A stretch of 61,561 nucleotides of DNA from Octopus sinensis (lineage: Eukaryota): positions 1-61,561 of the forward strand of contig NW_021832556.1 in NCBI RefSeq assembly GCF_006345805.1, written 5' to 3'. The stretch's first letter is position 1; each line of letters begins with the position of its first letter. The translations under genes and the position numbers were made by a program. The notes under the pieces were generated by a model. It saw nothing but the letters and a program-made list of their open reading frames with translations, was not told where the DNA came from and did not search any database. Below are positions 1-15,000 of this stretch, piece after piece.

Positions 1-3000
1 TAAGGACCTGTAAGATTATAAATATGTATTCCATATTTAACGGTGCTCCTAGAGGGGAAAACTTATATAAAATAGTAAGGACCTGTATGATTATAACTAT
101 GTATTCCATATTTAACGGCACTCCTAGAAGAGAAAACTTATATAAAATAGTAAGGACCTGTAAGATTATAAATATGTATTCCATATTTAACGGCGCTCCT
201 AGAGGGGAAAACTTATATAAAATAGTAAGGACCTGTAAGATTATAAATATGTATTCCATATTTAACGGCGCTCCTAGAGGGGAAAACTTATATAAAATAG
301 TAAGGACCTGTAAGATTATAAATATGTATTCCATATTTAACGGTGCTCCTAGAGGGGAAAACTTATATAAAATAGTAAGGACCTGACCTGTAAGATTATA
401 AATATGTATTCCATATTTAACGGCGCTCCTAGAGGGGAAAACTTATATAAAATAGTAAGGACCTGTAAGATTATAAATATGTATTCCATATTTAACGGTG
501 CTCCTAGAGGGGAAAACTTATATAAAATAGTAAGGACCTAACCTGTAAGATTATAAATATGTATTCCATATTTAAGGGTGCTCCTAGAGGGGAAAACTTA
601 ATAAAATAGTAAGGACCTGACCTGTAAGATTATAAATATGTATTCCATATTTAACGGCACTCCTAGAGGGGAACTTATATAAAATAGTAAGACCTGACCT
701 GTAAGATTATAAATATGTATTCCATATTTAACGGCGCTCCTAGAGGGGAAAACTTATATAAAATAGTAAGGACCTGTAAGATGTTATAATATACATTCCA
801 TATTTAACAGCACTCCTAGAGGGAAAACTTATATAAAATAGTAAGGACCTGACCTGTAAGATTATAAATATGTATTCCATATTTAACGGTGCTCCTAGAG
901 GGGAAAACTTATATAAAATAGTAAGGACCTGTAAGATTATAAATACGTATTCCATATTTAACGGCGCTCCTAGAGGGAAAACTTATATAAAATAGTAAGG
1001 ACCTCTAAGATTACAATATATGTATTCCATATTTAACGGCGCTCCTAGAGGGGGAAACTTATATAAAATAGTAAGGACCTGTAAGATTATAAATATGTAT
1101 TCCATATTTAACGGCGCTCCTAGAGGGGAAAACTTATATAAAATAGTAAGGACCTGTAAGATTATAAATATGTATTCCATATTTAACGGCACTCCTAGAG
1201 GGGAAAACTTATATAAAATAGTAAGGACCTGTAAGATTATAAATATGTATTCCATATTTAACGGCACTCCTAGACGGGAAAACTTATATGAAATATTAAG
1301 GACCTTTAAGATTATAAATATGTATTCCATATTTAACGGCACTCCAAGAGGGTAAAACTTATATAAAATAGTAAGGACCTGTAAGATTATAAATATGTAT
1401 TCCATATTTAACGGCACTCCTAGAGGAGAAAACTTATATAAAATAGTAAGGACCTGTAAGATTATAAATATGTATTCCATATTTAATGGCACTCCTAGAG
1501 GGGAAAACTTATATAAAATAGTAAGGACCTGACCTGTAAGATTATAAATATGTATTCCATATTTAACGGCACTCCTAGAGGGGAAAACTTATATAAAATA
1601 GTAAGGACCTGTGAGATTATAAATATGTATTCCATATTTAACGGCACTCCTAGAGGGGAAAACTTATATGAAATAGTAAGGACCTGTAAGATTATAAATA
1701 TGTATTCCATATTTAACGGCACTCCTAGAGGGAAAACTTATATAAAATAGTAAGGACCTGTAAGATTATAAATATGTATTCCATATTTAACGGCACTCCT
1801 AGAGGGAAAACTTATATAAAATAGTAAGGACCTGTAAGATTATAAATATGTATTCCATATTTAACGGCGCTCCTAGAGGGGAAAACTTATATAAAATAGT
1901 AAGGACCTGTAAGATTATAAATATGTATTCCATATTTAACGGCACTCCTAGAGGGGAAAACTTATATAAAATAGTAAGGACCTGTAAGATTATAAATATG
2001 TATTCCATAGTTAACGGCACTCCCAGAGGGGAAAACTTATATAAAATAGGAAGGACCTGTCAGATTATAAATATGTATTCCATATTTAACGGCACTCCTA
2101 GCGGAGAAAACTTATATAAAATAGTAAGGACCTGTAAGGTTATAAATATGTATTCCATATTTAACGGCACTCCTAGAGGGGAAAACTTATATGAAATAGT
2201 AAGGACCTGTAAGATTATAAATATGTATTCCATATTAACGGCACTCTCTCCTGAGGGAAAACTTATATAAAATAGTAAGGACCTGTAAGATTATAAATAT
2301 GTATTCCATATTTACGGTGCTCCTAGAGGGAAAACTTATATAAAATAGTAAGGACCTGTAAATTATAAATATGTATTCCATATTTAACGGCACTCCTAGA
2401 GGGGTAAACTTATATAAATAGTAAGGACCTGTAAGATTATATGTATTCCATATTTAACGGCGCTCCTAGAGGGGAAAACTTATACAAAATAGTAAGGACC
2501 TGTAATTATAAATATGTATTCCATATTTAACGGCGCTCCTAGAGGGGAAAACTTATATAAATAGTAAGGACCTGTAAGATTATAAATATGTATTCCATAT
2601 TTAACGGTGCTCCTAGAGGGGAAAACTTAATAAAATAGTAAGGACCTGTAAGATTATAATATGTATTCCATATTTAACGGCACTCCTAGAGGGGAAAACT
2701 TATATAAAATAGTAAGGACCTGTAAGATTATAAATATGTATTCCATATTTAACGGCGCTCCTAGAGGGGAAAACTTATACAAAATAGTAAGGACCTGTAA
2801 GATTATAAATATGTATTCCATATTTAACGGCGCTCCTAGAGGGGAAAACTTATATAAAATAGTAAGGACCTGACCTGTAAGATTATAAATATGTATGCCA
2901 TATTTAACGGCGCTCCTAGAGGGGAAAACTTATATAAAATAGTAAGGACCTGTAAGATTATAAATATGTATTCCATATTTAACGGTGCTCCTAGAGGGGA

Positions 3001-6000
3001 AAACTTATATAAAATAGTAACGACCTGACCTGTAAGATTATAAATATATATTCCATATTTAAGGGTGCTCCTAGAGGGGAAAACTTATATAAAATAGTAA
3101 GGACCTGACCTGTAAGATTATAAATACGTATTCCATATTTAACGGTGCTCCTAGAGGGGAAAACTTATATAAAATAGTAAGGACCTGACCTGTAAGATTA
3201 TAAATATGTATTCCATATTTAACGGCGCTCCTAGAGGGGAAAACTTATATAAAATAGTAAGGACCTGTAAGATTATAAATATATATTCCATATTTAACAG
3301 CACTCCTAGAGGGGAAAACTTATATAAAATAGTAAGGACCTGACCTGTAAGATTATAAATATGTATTCCATATTTAACGGTGCTCCTAGAGGGGAAAACT
3401 TATATAAAATAGTAAGGACCTGTAAGATTATAAGTACGTATTCCATATTTAACGGCGCTCCTAGAGGGGAAAACTTATATAAAATAGTAAGGACCTCTAA
3501 GATTACAAATATGTATTCCATATTTAACGGCGCTCCTAGAGGGGAAACTTATATAAAATAGTAAGGACCTGTAAGATTATAAATATGTATTCCATATTTA
3601 ACGGCGCTCCTAGAGGGGAAAACTTATATAAAATAGTAAGGACCTGTAAGATTATAAATATGTATTCCATATTTAACGGCACTCCTAGAGGGGAAAACTT
3701 ATATGAAATAGTAAGGACCTGTAAGATTATAAATATGTATTCCATATTTAACGGCACTCCTAGAGGGGAAAACTTATATAAAATAGTAAGGACCTGTAAG
3801 ATTATAAATATGTATTCCATATTTAAAGGCACTCCTAGAGGGGAAAACTTATATAAAATAGGAAGGACCTGTAAGATTATAAATATGTATTTCATATTTA
3901 ACGGCACTCCTAGCGGAGAAAACTTATATAAAATAGTAAGGACCTGACCTGTAAGATTATAAATATGTATTCCATATTTAAAGGCACTCCTAGAGGGGAA
4001 AACTTATATGAAATAGTAAGGACCTGTAGGATTATAAATATGTATTCCATATTTAACGGCACTCCTTGAGGGGAAAACTTATATAAAATAGTAAGGACCT
4101 GTAAGATTATAAATATGTATTCCATATTTAACGGAACTCCTAGAGGGGAAAACTTATATAAAATAGTAAGGACCTGTAAGATTATAAATATGTATTCCAT
4201 ATTTAACGGTGCTCCTAGAGGGGAAAACTTATATAAAATAGTAAGGACCTGTATGATTATAACTATGTATTCCATATTTAACGGCACTCCTAGAAGAGAA
4301 AACTTATATAAAATAGTAAGGACCTGTATTTATAATATGTATTCCATATTTAACGGCGCTCCTAGAGGGGAAAACTTATACAAAATAGTAAGGACCTGTA
4401 AGATTATAAATATGTATTCCATATTTAACGGCGCTCCTAGAGGGGAAAACTTATATAAAATAGTAAGGACCTGTAAGTTTATAAATATGTATTCCATATT
4501 TAACGGTGCTCCTAGAGGGGAAAACTTATATAAAATAGTAAGGACCTGTATGATTATAACTATGTATTCCATATTTAACGGCACTCCTAGAAGAGAAAAC
4601 TTATATAAAATAGTAAGGACCTGTAAGATTATAAATATGTATTCCATATTTAACGGCGCTCCTAGAGGGGAAAACTTATACAAAATAGTAAGGACCTGTA
4701 AGATTATAAATATGTATTCCATATTTAACGGCGCTCCTAGAGGGGAAAACTTATATAAAATAGTAAGGACCTGACCTAAGATTATAAATATGTATGCCAT
4801 ATTTAACGGCGCTCCTAGAGGGAAAACTTATATAAAATAGTAAGGACCTGTAAGATTATAAATATGTATTCCATATTTAACGGTGCTCCTAGAGGGGAAA
4901 ACTTATATAAAATAGTAAGGACCTGACCTGTAAGATTATAAATATGTATTCCATATTTAAGGGTGCTCCTAGAGGGGAAAACTTATATAAAATAGTAAGG
5001 ACCTGACCTGTAAGATTATAAATATGTATTCCATATTTAACGGTGCTCCTAGAGGGGAAAACTTATATAAAATAGTAAGGACCTGACCTGTAAGATTATA
5101 AATATGTATGCCATATTTAACGGCGCTCCGAGAGGGGAACACTTATATAAAATAGTAAGGACCTGTAAGATTATAAATATACATTCCATATTTAACAGCA
5201 CTCCTAGAGGGGAAAACTTATATAAAATAGTAAGGACCTGACCTGTAAGATTATAAATATGTATTCCATATTTAACGGTGCTCCTAGAGGGGAAAACTTA
5301 CATAAAATAGTAAGGACCTGTAAGATTATAAGTACGTATTCCATATTTAACGGCGCTCCTAGAGGGGAAAACTTATATAAAATAGTAAGGACCTCTAAGA
5401 TTACAAATATGTATTCCATATTTAACGGCGCTCCTAGAGGGGGAAACTTATATAAAATAGTAAGGACCTGTAAGATTATAAATATGTATTCCATATTTAA
5501 CGGCGTTCCTAGAGGGGAAAACTTATATAAAATAGTAAGGACCTGTAAGATTATAAATATGTATTCCATATTTAACGGCACTCCTAGAGGGGAAAACTTA
5601 TATAAAATAGTAAGGACCTGTAAGATTATAATATGTATTCCATATTTAACGGCGCTCCTAGAGGGAAAACTTATACAAAATAGTAAGGACCTGTAAGATT
5701 ATAAATATGTATTCCATATTTAACGGCGCTCCTAGAGGGGAAAACTTATATAAATAGTAAGGACCTGACCTGTAAGATTATAAATATGTATTGCCATATT
5801 AACGGCGCTCCTAGAGGGGAAAACTTATATAAAATAGTAAGGACCTGTAAGATTATAAATATGTATTCCATATTTAACGGTGCTCCTAGAGGGGAAAACT
5901 TATAGAAAATAGTAAGGACCTGACCTGTAAGATTAGAAATATGTATTCCATATTTAAGGGTGCTCCTAGAGGGGAAAACTTATATAAAATAGTAAGGACC

Positions 6001-9000
6001 TGACCTGTAAGATTATAAATATGTATTCCATATTTAACGGTGCTCCTAGAGAGGAAAACTTATATAAAATAGTAAGGACCTGACCTGTAAGATTATAAAT
6101 ATGTATGCCATATTTAACGGCGCTCCTAGAGGGAAAACTTATATAAATAGTAAGGACCTGTAAGATTATAAATATACCTTCCATATTTAACGGCACTCCT
6201 AGAGGGGAAAACTTATAAAATAGTAAGGACCGACCTGTAAGATTATAAATATGTATTCCATATTTAACGGTGCTCCTAGAGGGGAAAACTTATATAAAAT
6301 AGTAAGGACCTGTAAGATTATAAGTATGTATTCCATATTTAACGGCGCTCCTAGAGGGGAAACTTATATAAATAGTAAGGACCTGTAAGATTAAATATGT
6401 ATTCCATATTTAACGGGCTCCTAGAGGGGAAACTTATATAAAAGTAAGGACCTGTAAGATTATAAATATGTATTCCATATTTAACGGCACTCCTAGACGG
6501 GAAAACTTATATGAAATATTAAGGACCTTTAAGATTATAATTATGTATTCCATATTTAACGGCACTCCTAGAGGGGAAAACTTATATAAAATAGTAAGGA
6601 CCTGTAAGATTATAAATATGTATTCCATATTTAACGGCACTCCTAGAGGAGAAAACTTATATAAAATAGTAAGGACCTGTAAGATTATAAATATGTATTC
6701 CATATTTAATGGCACTCCTAGAGGGGAAAACTTATATAAAATAGTAAGGACCTGACCTGTAAGATTATAAATATGTATTCCATATTTAACGGCACTCCTA
6801 GAGGGGAAAACTTATATAAAATAGTAAGGACCTGTATGATTATAAATATGTATTCCATATTTAACGGCACTCCTAGATGGGAAAACTTATATAAAATAGT
6901 AAGGACCTGACCTGTAAGATTATAAATATGTATTCCATATTTAACGGCACTCCTAGAGGGGAAAACTTATATAAAATAGTAAGGACCTGTGAGATTATAA
7001 ATATGTATTCCATATTTAACGGCACTCCGAGAGGGGAAAACTTATATGAAATAGTAAGGACCTGTAAGATTATAAATATGTATTCCATATTTAACGGCAC
7101 TCCTAGACGGGAAAACTTATATAAAATAGTAAGGACCTGTAAGATTATAAATATGTCTTCCATATTTAACAGTGCTCCTAGAGGGGAAAACTTAATAAAA
7201 TAGTAAGGACCTGTAAGATTATAAATATGTATTCCATATTTAACGGCACTCCTAGAGGGGAAAACTTATATGAAATAGTAAGGACCTGTAAGATTATAAA
7301 TATGTATTCCATATTTAACGGCACTCCTAGAGGGGAAAACTTATATAAAATAGTAAGGACCTGTAAGATTATAAATATGTATTCCATATTTAACGTCACT
7401 CCTAGAGGGGAAAACTTATATAAAATAGTAAGGACCTGTAAGATTATAAATATGTATTCCATATTTAACGGCACTCCCAGAGGGGAAAACTTATATAAAA
7501 TATTAAGGACCTGTAAGTTTATAAATATGTATTCCATATTTAACGGCACTCCTAGAGGGGAAAACTTATATAAAATAGTAAGGACCTGTAAGATTATAAA
7601 TATGTATTCCATATTTAACGGCACTCCAAGAGGGGAAAACTTATATAAAATAGTAAGGACCTGTAAGATATAAATATGTATTCCATATTTAACGGCACTC
7701 CTAGAGGGAAAACTTATATAAAATAGTAAGGACCTGTAAGATTATAAATATGTATTCCATATTTAACGGCACTCCAGAGGGAAAACTTATATAAAATAGT
7801 AAGGACCTGTAAGATTATAATATGTATTCCATATTTAACAACGGTGCTCCTAGAGGGGAAAACTTATATAAAATAATAAGGATCTGTAAAATTATAAATA
7901 TATATTCCATATTTAACGGCGCTCCTAGAGGGGAAAACTTATATAAAATAGTAAGGACCTGTAAGATTATAAATATGTATTCCATATTTAACAGTGCTCC
8001 TAGAGGGGAAAACTTATATAAAATAGTAAGGACCTGACCTGTAAGATTATAAATATGTATTCCATATTTAACGGTGCTCCTAGAGGGGAAAACTTATATA
8101 AAATAGTAAGGACCTGACCTGTAAGATTATAAATATGTATTCCATATTTAATGGCACTCCTAGAGGGGAAAACTTATATAAAATAGTAAGGACCTGTAAG
8201 ATTATAAATATGTATTCCATATTTAACGGTGCTCCTAGAGGGGAAAACTTAATAAAATAGTAAGGACCTGTAAGATTATAATATGTATTCCATATTTAAC
8301 GGCACTCCTAGAGGGGAAAACTTATATAAAATAGTAAGGACCTGTAAGATTATAAATATGTATTCCATATTTAACGGCGCTCCTAGAGGGGAAAACTTAT
8401 ATAAAATAGTAAGGACCTGTAAGATTAGAAATATGTATTCCATATTTAACGGCACTCCTAGAGGGGAAAACTTATATAAAATAGTAAGGACCTGTAAGAT
8501 TATAAATATGTATTCCATATTTAACAGCACTCCTAGAGGGGAAACTTATATAAAATAGTAAGGACCTGTAAGATTATAAAATGTATTCATATTTAACGGC
8601 GCTACTAGAAGGGAAAACTTACATAAAATAGTAAGGACCTGTGAGATTAATAAATATGTATTCCATATTTAACGGCGCTCCTAGAGGGAAAACTTATATA
8701 AAATAGTAAGGACCTGACCTGTAAGATTATAAATATGTATGCCTATTTAACGGCGCTCCTAGAGGGGAAACTTATATAAAATAGTAAGGACCTTAAGAAA
8801 TATAAATATGTTCCATTTTAACGGTGCTCCTAGAGGGAAAACTTATATCAAATAGTAAGGACTGCCTGTAAGATTATAATATGTATTCCATATTTAAGGG
8901 TGCTCCTAGAGGGGAAAACTTATATAAAATAGTAAGGACCTGACCTGTAAGATTATAAATATGTATTCCATATTTAACGGTGCTCCTAGAGGGGAAAACT

Positions 9001-12000
9001 TATGTAATAGTAAGGACCTGACCTGTAAGATTATAATATGTATGCCATATTTAACGGCGCTCCTAGAGGGGAACACTTATATAAAATAGTAAGGACCTGT
9101 AAGATTATAAATATACATCCATATTTAACAGCACTCCTAGGGGGAAAACTTATATAAAATAGTGACCTGACCTGTAAGATTATAATATGTATTCCATATT
9201 AACGGTGCTCCTAGAGGGGAAAACTTATATAAAATAGTAAGGACCTGTAAGATTATAAGTACGTATTCCATATTTAACGGCGCTCCTAGAGGGGAAAACT
9301 TATATAAAATAGTAAGGACCTCTAAGATTACAAATATGTATTCCATATTTAACGGCGCTCCTAGAGGGGGAAACTTATATAAAATAGTAAGGACCTGTAA
9401 GATTATAAATATGTATTCCATATTTAACGGCGCTCCTAGAGGGGAAAACTTATATAAAATAGGAAGGACCTGTAAGATTATAAATATGTATTCCATATTT
9501 AACGGCACTCCTAGAGGGGAAAACTTATATAAAATAGTAAGGACCTGTAAGATTATAAATATGTATTCCATATTTAACGGCACTCCTAGACAGGAAAACT
9601 TATATGAAATATGAAGGACCTTTAAGATTATAATTATGTATTCCATATTTAACGGCACTCCTAGACGGGAAAACTTATATAAAATAGTACGGAGCTGTAA
9701 GATTATAAATATGTATTCCATATTTAACGGCACTCCTACAGGAGAAAACTTATATAAAATAGTAAGGACCTGTAAGATTATAAATATGTATTCCATATTT
9801 AATGGCACTCCTAGAGGGGAAAACTTATATAAAATAGTAAGGACCTGACCTGTAAGATTATAAATATGTATTCCATATTTAACGGCACTCCTAGAGGGGA
9901 AAACTTATATAAAATAGTAAGGACCTGTAAGATTATAAATATGTATTCCATATTTAACGGCACTCCTAGAGGGGAAAACTTATATGAAATAGTAAGGACC
10001 TGTAAGATTATAAATATGTATTCCATATTTAACGGCACTCCTAGAGGGGAAAACTTAAAGAAAATAGTAAGGACCTGTAAGATGATAAATATGTATTCCA
10101 TATTTAACGGCGCTCCTAGAGGGGAAAACTTATATAAAATATTAAGGACCTGTAAGATTATAAATATGTATTCCATATTTAACGGCACTCCTAGAGGAGA
10201 AAACTTATATAAAATAGTAAGGACCTGTATGATTATAAATATGTATTCCATATTTAACGGCACTCCTAGATGGGAAAACTTATATAAAATAGTAAGGACC
10301 TGTAAGATTATAAATATGTATTCCATATTTAACGGCACTCCTAGACGGGAAAACTTAATAAAATAGTAAGGACCTGTAAGATTATAAATATGTATTCCAT
10401 ATTTAACGGCACTCCTAGAGGGGAAAACTTATATAAAATAGTAAGGACCTGTGAGATTATAAATATGTATTCCATATTTAACGGCGCTCCTAGAGGGGAA
10501 AACTTATATAAAATAGTAAGGACCTGTAAGATTATAAATATGTATTCCATATTTAACGGCACTCCTAGAGGGGAAAACTTATATAAAATAGTAAGGATCT
10601 GTAAGATTATAATATGTATTCCATATTAACGGCACTCCTAGAGGGGAACTTATATAAAATAGGAAGGACCTGTAAGATTATAAATATGTATTCCATATTT
10701 AACGGCACTCCTAGGGAGAAAACTTATATGAAATAGTAAGGACCTGTAGATTATAAATATGTATTCCATATTTAACGGCACTCCTAGAGGGGAAAACTTA
10801 AGAAAATAGTAAGGACCTGTAAGATTATAAATATGTATTCCATATTTAACGGCGCTCCTAGAGGGGAAAACTTATTAAAATAGTAAGGACCTGTATTATA
10901 AATATGTATTCCATATTTAACGGCACTCCTAGAGGAGAAAACTTATATAAAATAGTAAGGACCTGTATGATTATAAATATGTATTCCATATTTAACGGCA
11001 CTCCTAGATGGGAAAACTTATATAAAATAGTAGGACCTGGACCTGTAAGATTATATATGTATTCCATATTTAACGGCACTCCTAGAGGGAAAACTTATAT
11101 AAAATAGTAAGGACATGTGAGATTATAATATGTATTCCATATTTAACGGCACTCCGAGAGGGGAAACTTATATGAAATAGTAAGGACCTGTAAGATTAAA
11201 TATGTATTCCATATTTAACGGCACTCCTAGACGGGAAAACTTATATAAAATAGTAAGGACCTGTAAGATTATAATATGTCTTCCATATCTAACAGTGCTC
11301 CTAGAGGGGAAAACTTATAAAATAGTAAGGACCTGTAAGATTATAAATATGTATTCCATATTTAACGGCACTCCTAGAGGGGAAAACTTATATGAAATAT
11401 TAAGGACCTGTAAGATTATAAATATGTATTCATATTTTACGGCACTCCTAGCGGAGAAAACTTATATAAAATAGTAAGGACCTGTAAGATTAAATATGTA
11501 TTCCATATTTAACGGCACTCCTAGAGGAGACTTATATAAAATAGTAAGACCTGTATGAATTAAACATGTATTCCATATTTAACGGCACTCCTAGATGGGA
11601 AAACTTATATAAAATAGTAAGGACCTGACCTGTAAGATTATAATATGTATTCCATATTTAACGGCACTCCTAGAGGGGAAAACTTATATAAAATAGTAGG
11701 ACCTGTGAGATTATAAATATGTATTCCATATTTAACGGCACTCCGAGAGGGGAAAACTTATATGAAATAGTAAACGCCTGTAAGATTATAAATATGTATT
11801 CCATATTTAACGGCACTCCTAGACGGGAAAACTTATATAAAATAGTAAGGACCTGTAGATTATAAATAGTATTCCATATTTAACAGTGCTCCTAGAGGGG
11901 AAACTTATAAAATAGTAAGGACCTGTAAGATTATAAATATGTATTCCATATTTAACGCTCTCCTAGAGGGAAAACTTATATGAAATAGTAAGGACCTGTA

Positions 12001-15000
12001 AGATATAAATATGTATTCCATATTTAACGGCACTCCTAGAGGGGAAAACTTATATAAAATAGTAAGGACCTGTAAGATTATAAATTGTATTCCATATTTA
12101 ACGTCACTCCTAGAGGGGAAAACTTATAAAATAGTAAGGACCTGTAAGATTATAAATATGTATTCCATATTTAACGGCACTCCTAGAGGGGAAACTTATA
12201 TAAAAGTAAGGACCTGTAAGATTATAATATGTATTCCATATTTAAAACGGCACTCCTAGAGGGGAAAACTTATATAAAATAGTAAGGACCAGTAAGATTA
12301 TAAATATGTATTCCATATTTAACGGCACTCCAAGAGGGGAAAACTTATATAAAATAGTAAGGACCTGTAAGATATTAAATATGTATTCCATATTTAACGG
12401 CACTCCTAGAGGGGAAAACTTATATAAAATAATAAGGATCTGTAAAATTATAAATATATATTCCATATTTAACGGCGCTCCTAGAGGGGAAAATTTATAT
12501 AAAATAGTAAGGACCTGTAAGATTATAAATATGTATTCCATATTTAACAGTGCTCCTAGAGGGGAAAACTTATATAAAATAGTAAGGACTGACCTGTAAG
12601 ATTATAAATATGTATTCCATATTTAACGGTGCTCCTAGAGGGAAAACTTATATAAAATAGTAAGGACCTGTAAGATTATAAATATGTATTCCATATTTAA
12701 CGGCGCGCTCCTAGAGGGGAAAACTTATATAAAATAGTAAGGACCTGTAAGATTATAAATATGTATTCCATATTTAACGGCACTCCTAGAGGGGAAAACT
12801 TATATAAAATAGTAAGGACCTGTAAGATTATAAATATGTATTCCATATTTAACAGCACTCCTAGAGGGGAAAACTTATATAAAATATATAGGACCTGTAA
12901 GATAAAATATGTATTCCATATTTAACGGCACTCCTAGAGGGGAAAACTTATATAAAATAGTAAGGACCTGTAAGATTATAAATATGTATTCCATATTTAA
13001 CGGCGCTACTAGAGGGGAAAACTTATATAAAATAGTAAGGACCTGTGAGATTATAAATATGTATTCGATATTCTACGGCACTCCTAGAGGGGAAAACTTA
13101 TATAAAATAGTAAGGACCTGTAAGATTATAAATATGTATTCCATATTTAACGGCGCTCCAAGAGGGGAAAACTTATATAAAATAGTAAGGGCCTGTGAGA
13201 TTATAACTATGTATTCCATATTTAACGGCACTCCTAGACGGGAAAACTTAATAAAATAGTAAGGACCTGTAAGATTATAAATATGTATTCCATATTTAAC
13301 GGCACTCCTAGAGGGGAAAACTTTATAAATAGTAAGGACCTGTAAGATTATAAATATGTATTCCATATTTAACGGCGCTCCTAGAGGGGAAAACTTATAT
13401 AAATAGTAAGGACCTGTAAGATTATAAATATGTATTCCATATTTAACGGCACTCCTAGAGGGGAAACTTATATAAAATAGTAAGGACCTGTAAGATTATA
13501 AATATGTATTCCATATTTAACGGCACTCCTAGAGGGAAAACTTATATAAAATAGTAAGGACCTGTAAGATTATAAATATTATTCCATATTTAACGGCACT
13601 CCTAGCGGAGAAAACTTATATAAAATAGTAAGGACCTGTAAGATTATAAATATGTATTCCATATTTAACGGCACTCCTAGAGGGGAAAACTTAAAGAAAA
13701 GTAAGGACCTGTAAGATTATAAATATGTATTCCATATTTAACGGCGCTCCTAGAGGGGAAACTACATATAAAATAGTAAGGACCTGTAAGATTATAAATA
13801 TGTATTCCATATTTAACGGCACTCCTAGGGAAAACTTATATAAATAGTAAGGACCTGTGATGATTATAAATATTTCATATTTAACGGCACTCCTAGATGG
13901 GAAAACTTATATAAAATAGTAAGGACCTGACCTGTAAGATTATAAATATGTATTCCATATTTAACGGCACTCCTAGAGGGGAAAACTTATATAAAATAGT
14001 AAGGACCTGTGAGATTATAAAATGTATTCCATATTTAACGCACTCCGAGAGGGGAAAACTTATATGAAATAGTAAGGACCTGTAAAGTAAAGATATATGT
14101 ATTCACATTAACGGCACTCCTAGACGGGAAAACTTATATAAATAGTAAGGACCTGTAAGATTATAAATATGTCTTCCATATTTAACAGCGCTCCTAGAGG
14201 GGAAAACTTATATGAAATAGTAAGGACCTGTAAGATTATAAATATGTATTCCATATTTAACGGCACTCGCCTGAGCGGAAAACTTATATAAAGATAGTAA
14301 GGACCTGTAAGATTATAAATATGTATTCCATATTTAACGGCACCCTAGAGGAGAAAACTTATATAAAATAGTAAGGACCTGTATGATTATAAATATGTAT
14401 TCCATATTTAACGGCACTCCTAGATGGGAAAACTTATATAAAATAGTAAGGACCTGACCTGTAAGATTATAAATATGTATTCCTATTAACGGCACTCCTA
14501 GAGGGGAAAACTTATATAAAATAAGGACCTGTGAGATTATAAATATGTATTCCATATTTAACGGCACTCCGAGAGGGGAAAACTTATATGAATAGTAAGG
14601 ACCTGTAAGATTATAAATATGTATTCCATATTTAACGGCACTCCTAGAACGGGAAAACTTATATAAAATAGTAAGGACCTGTAAGATTATAATATGTCTT
14701 CCATATTTAACAGTGCTCCTAGAGGGGAAAACTTATAAAATAGTAAGGACCTGTAAGATTATAATATGTATTCCATATTTAACCGGCACTCCTAGAGGGA
14801 AAACTTATATGAAATAGTAAGGACCTGTAAGATTATAAATATGTATTCCATATTAACGGCACTCCTAGAGGGGAAAACTTATATAAAATAGTAAGGACCT
14901 GTAAGATTATAAATATGTATTCCATATTTAAACTCCTAAGGGGGAAAACTTATATAAAATAGTAAGGACCTGTAAGATTATAAATATGTATTCCATATTT

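Noticed and set aside
1-150. Satellite monomer as a hammerhead (CTGTAAGA ... GAAA ... GTA)
   Set aside because: Core is not CUGANGA or a compensated variant, and no stem II closes directly on GAAA.
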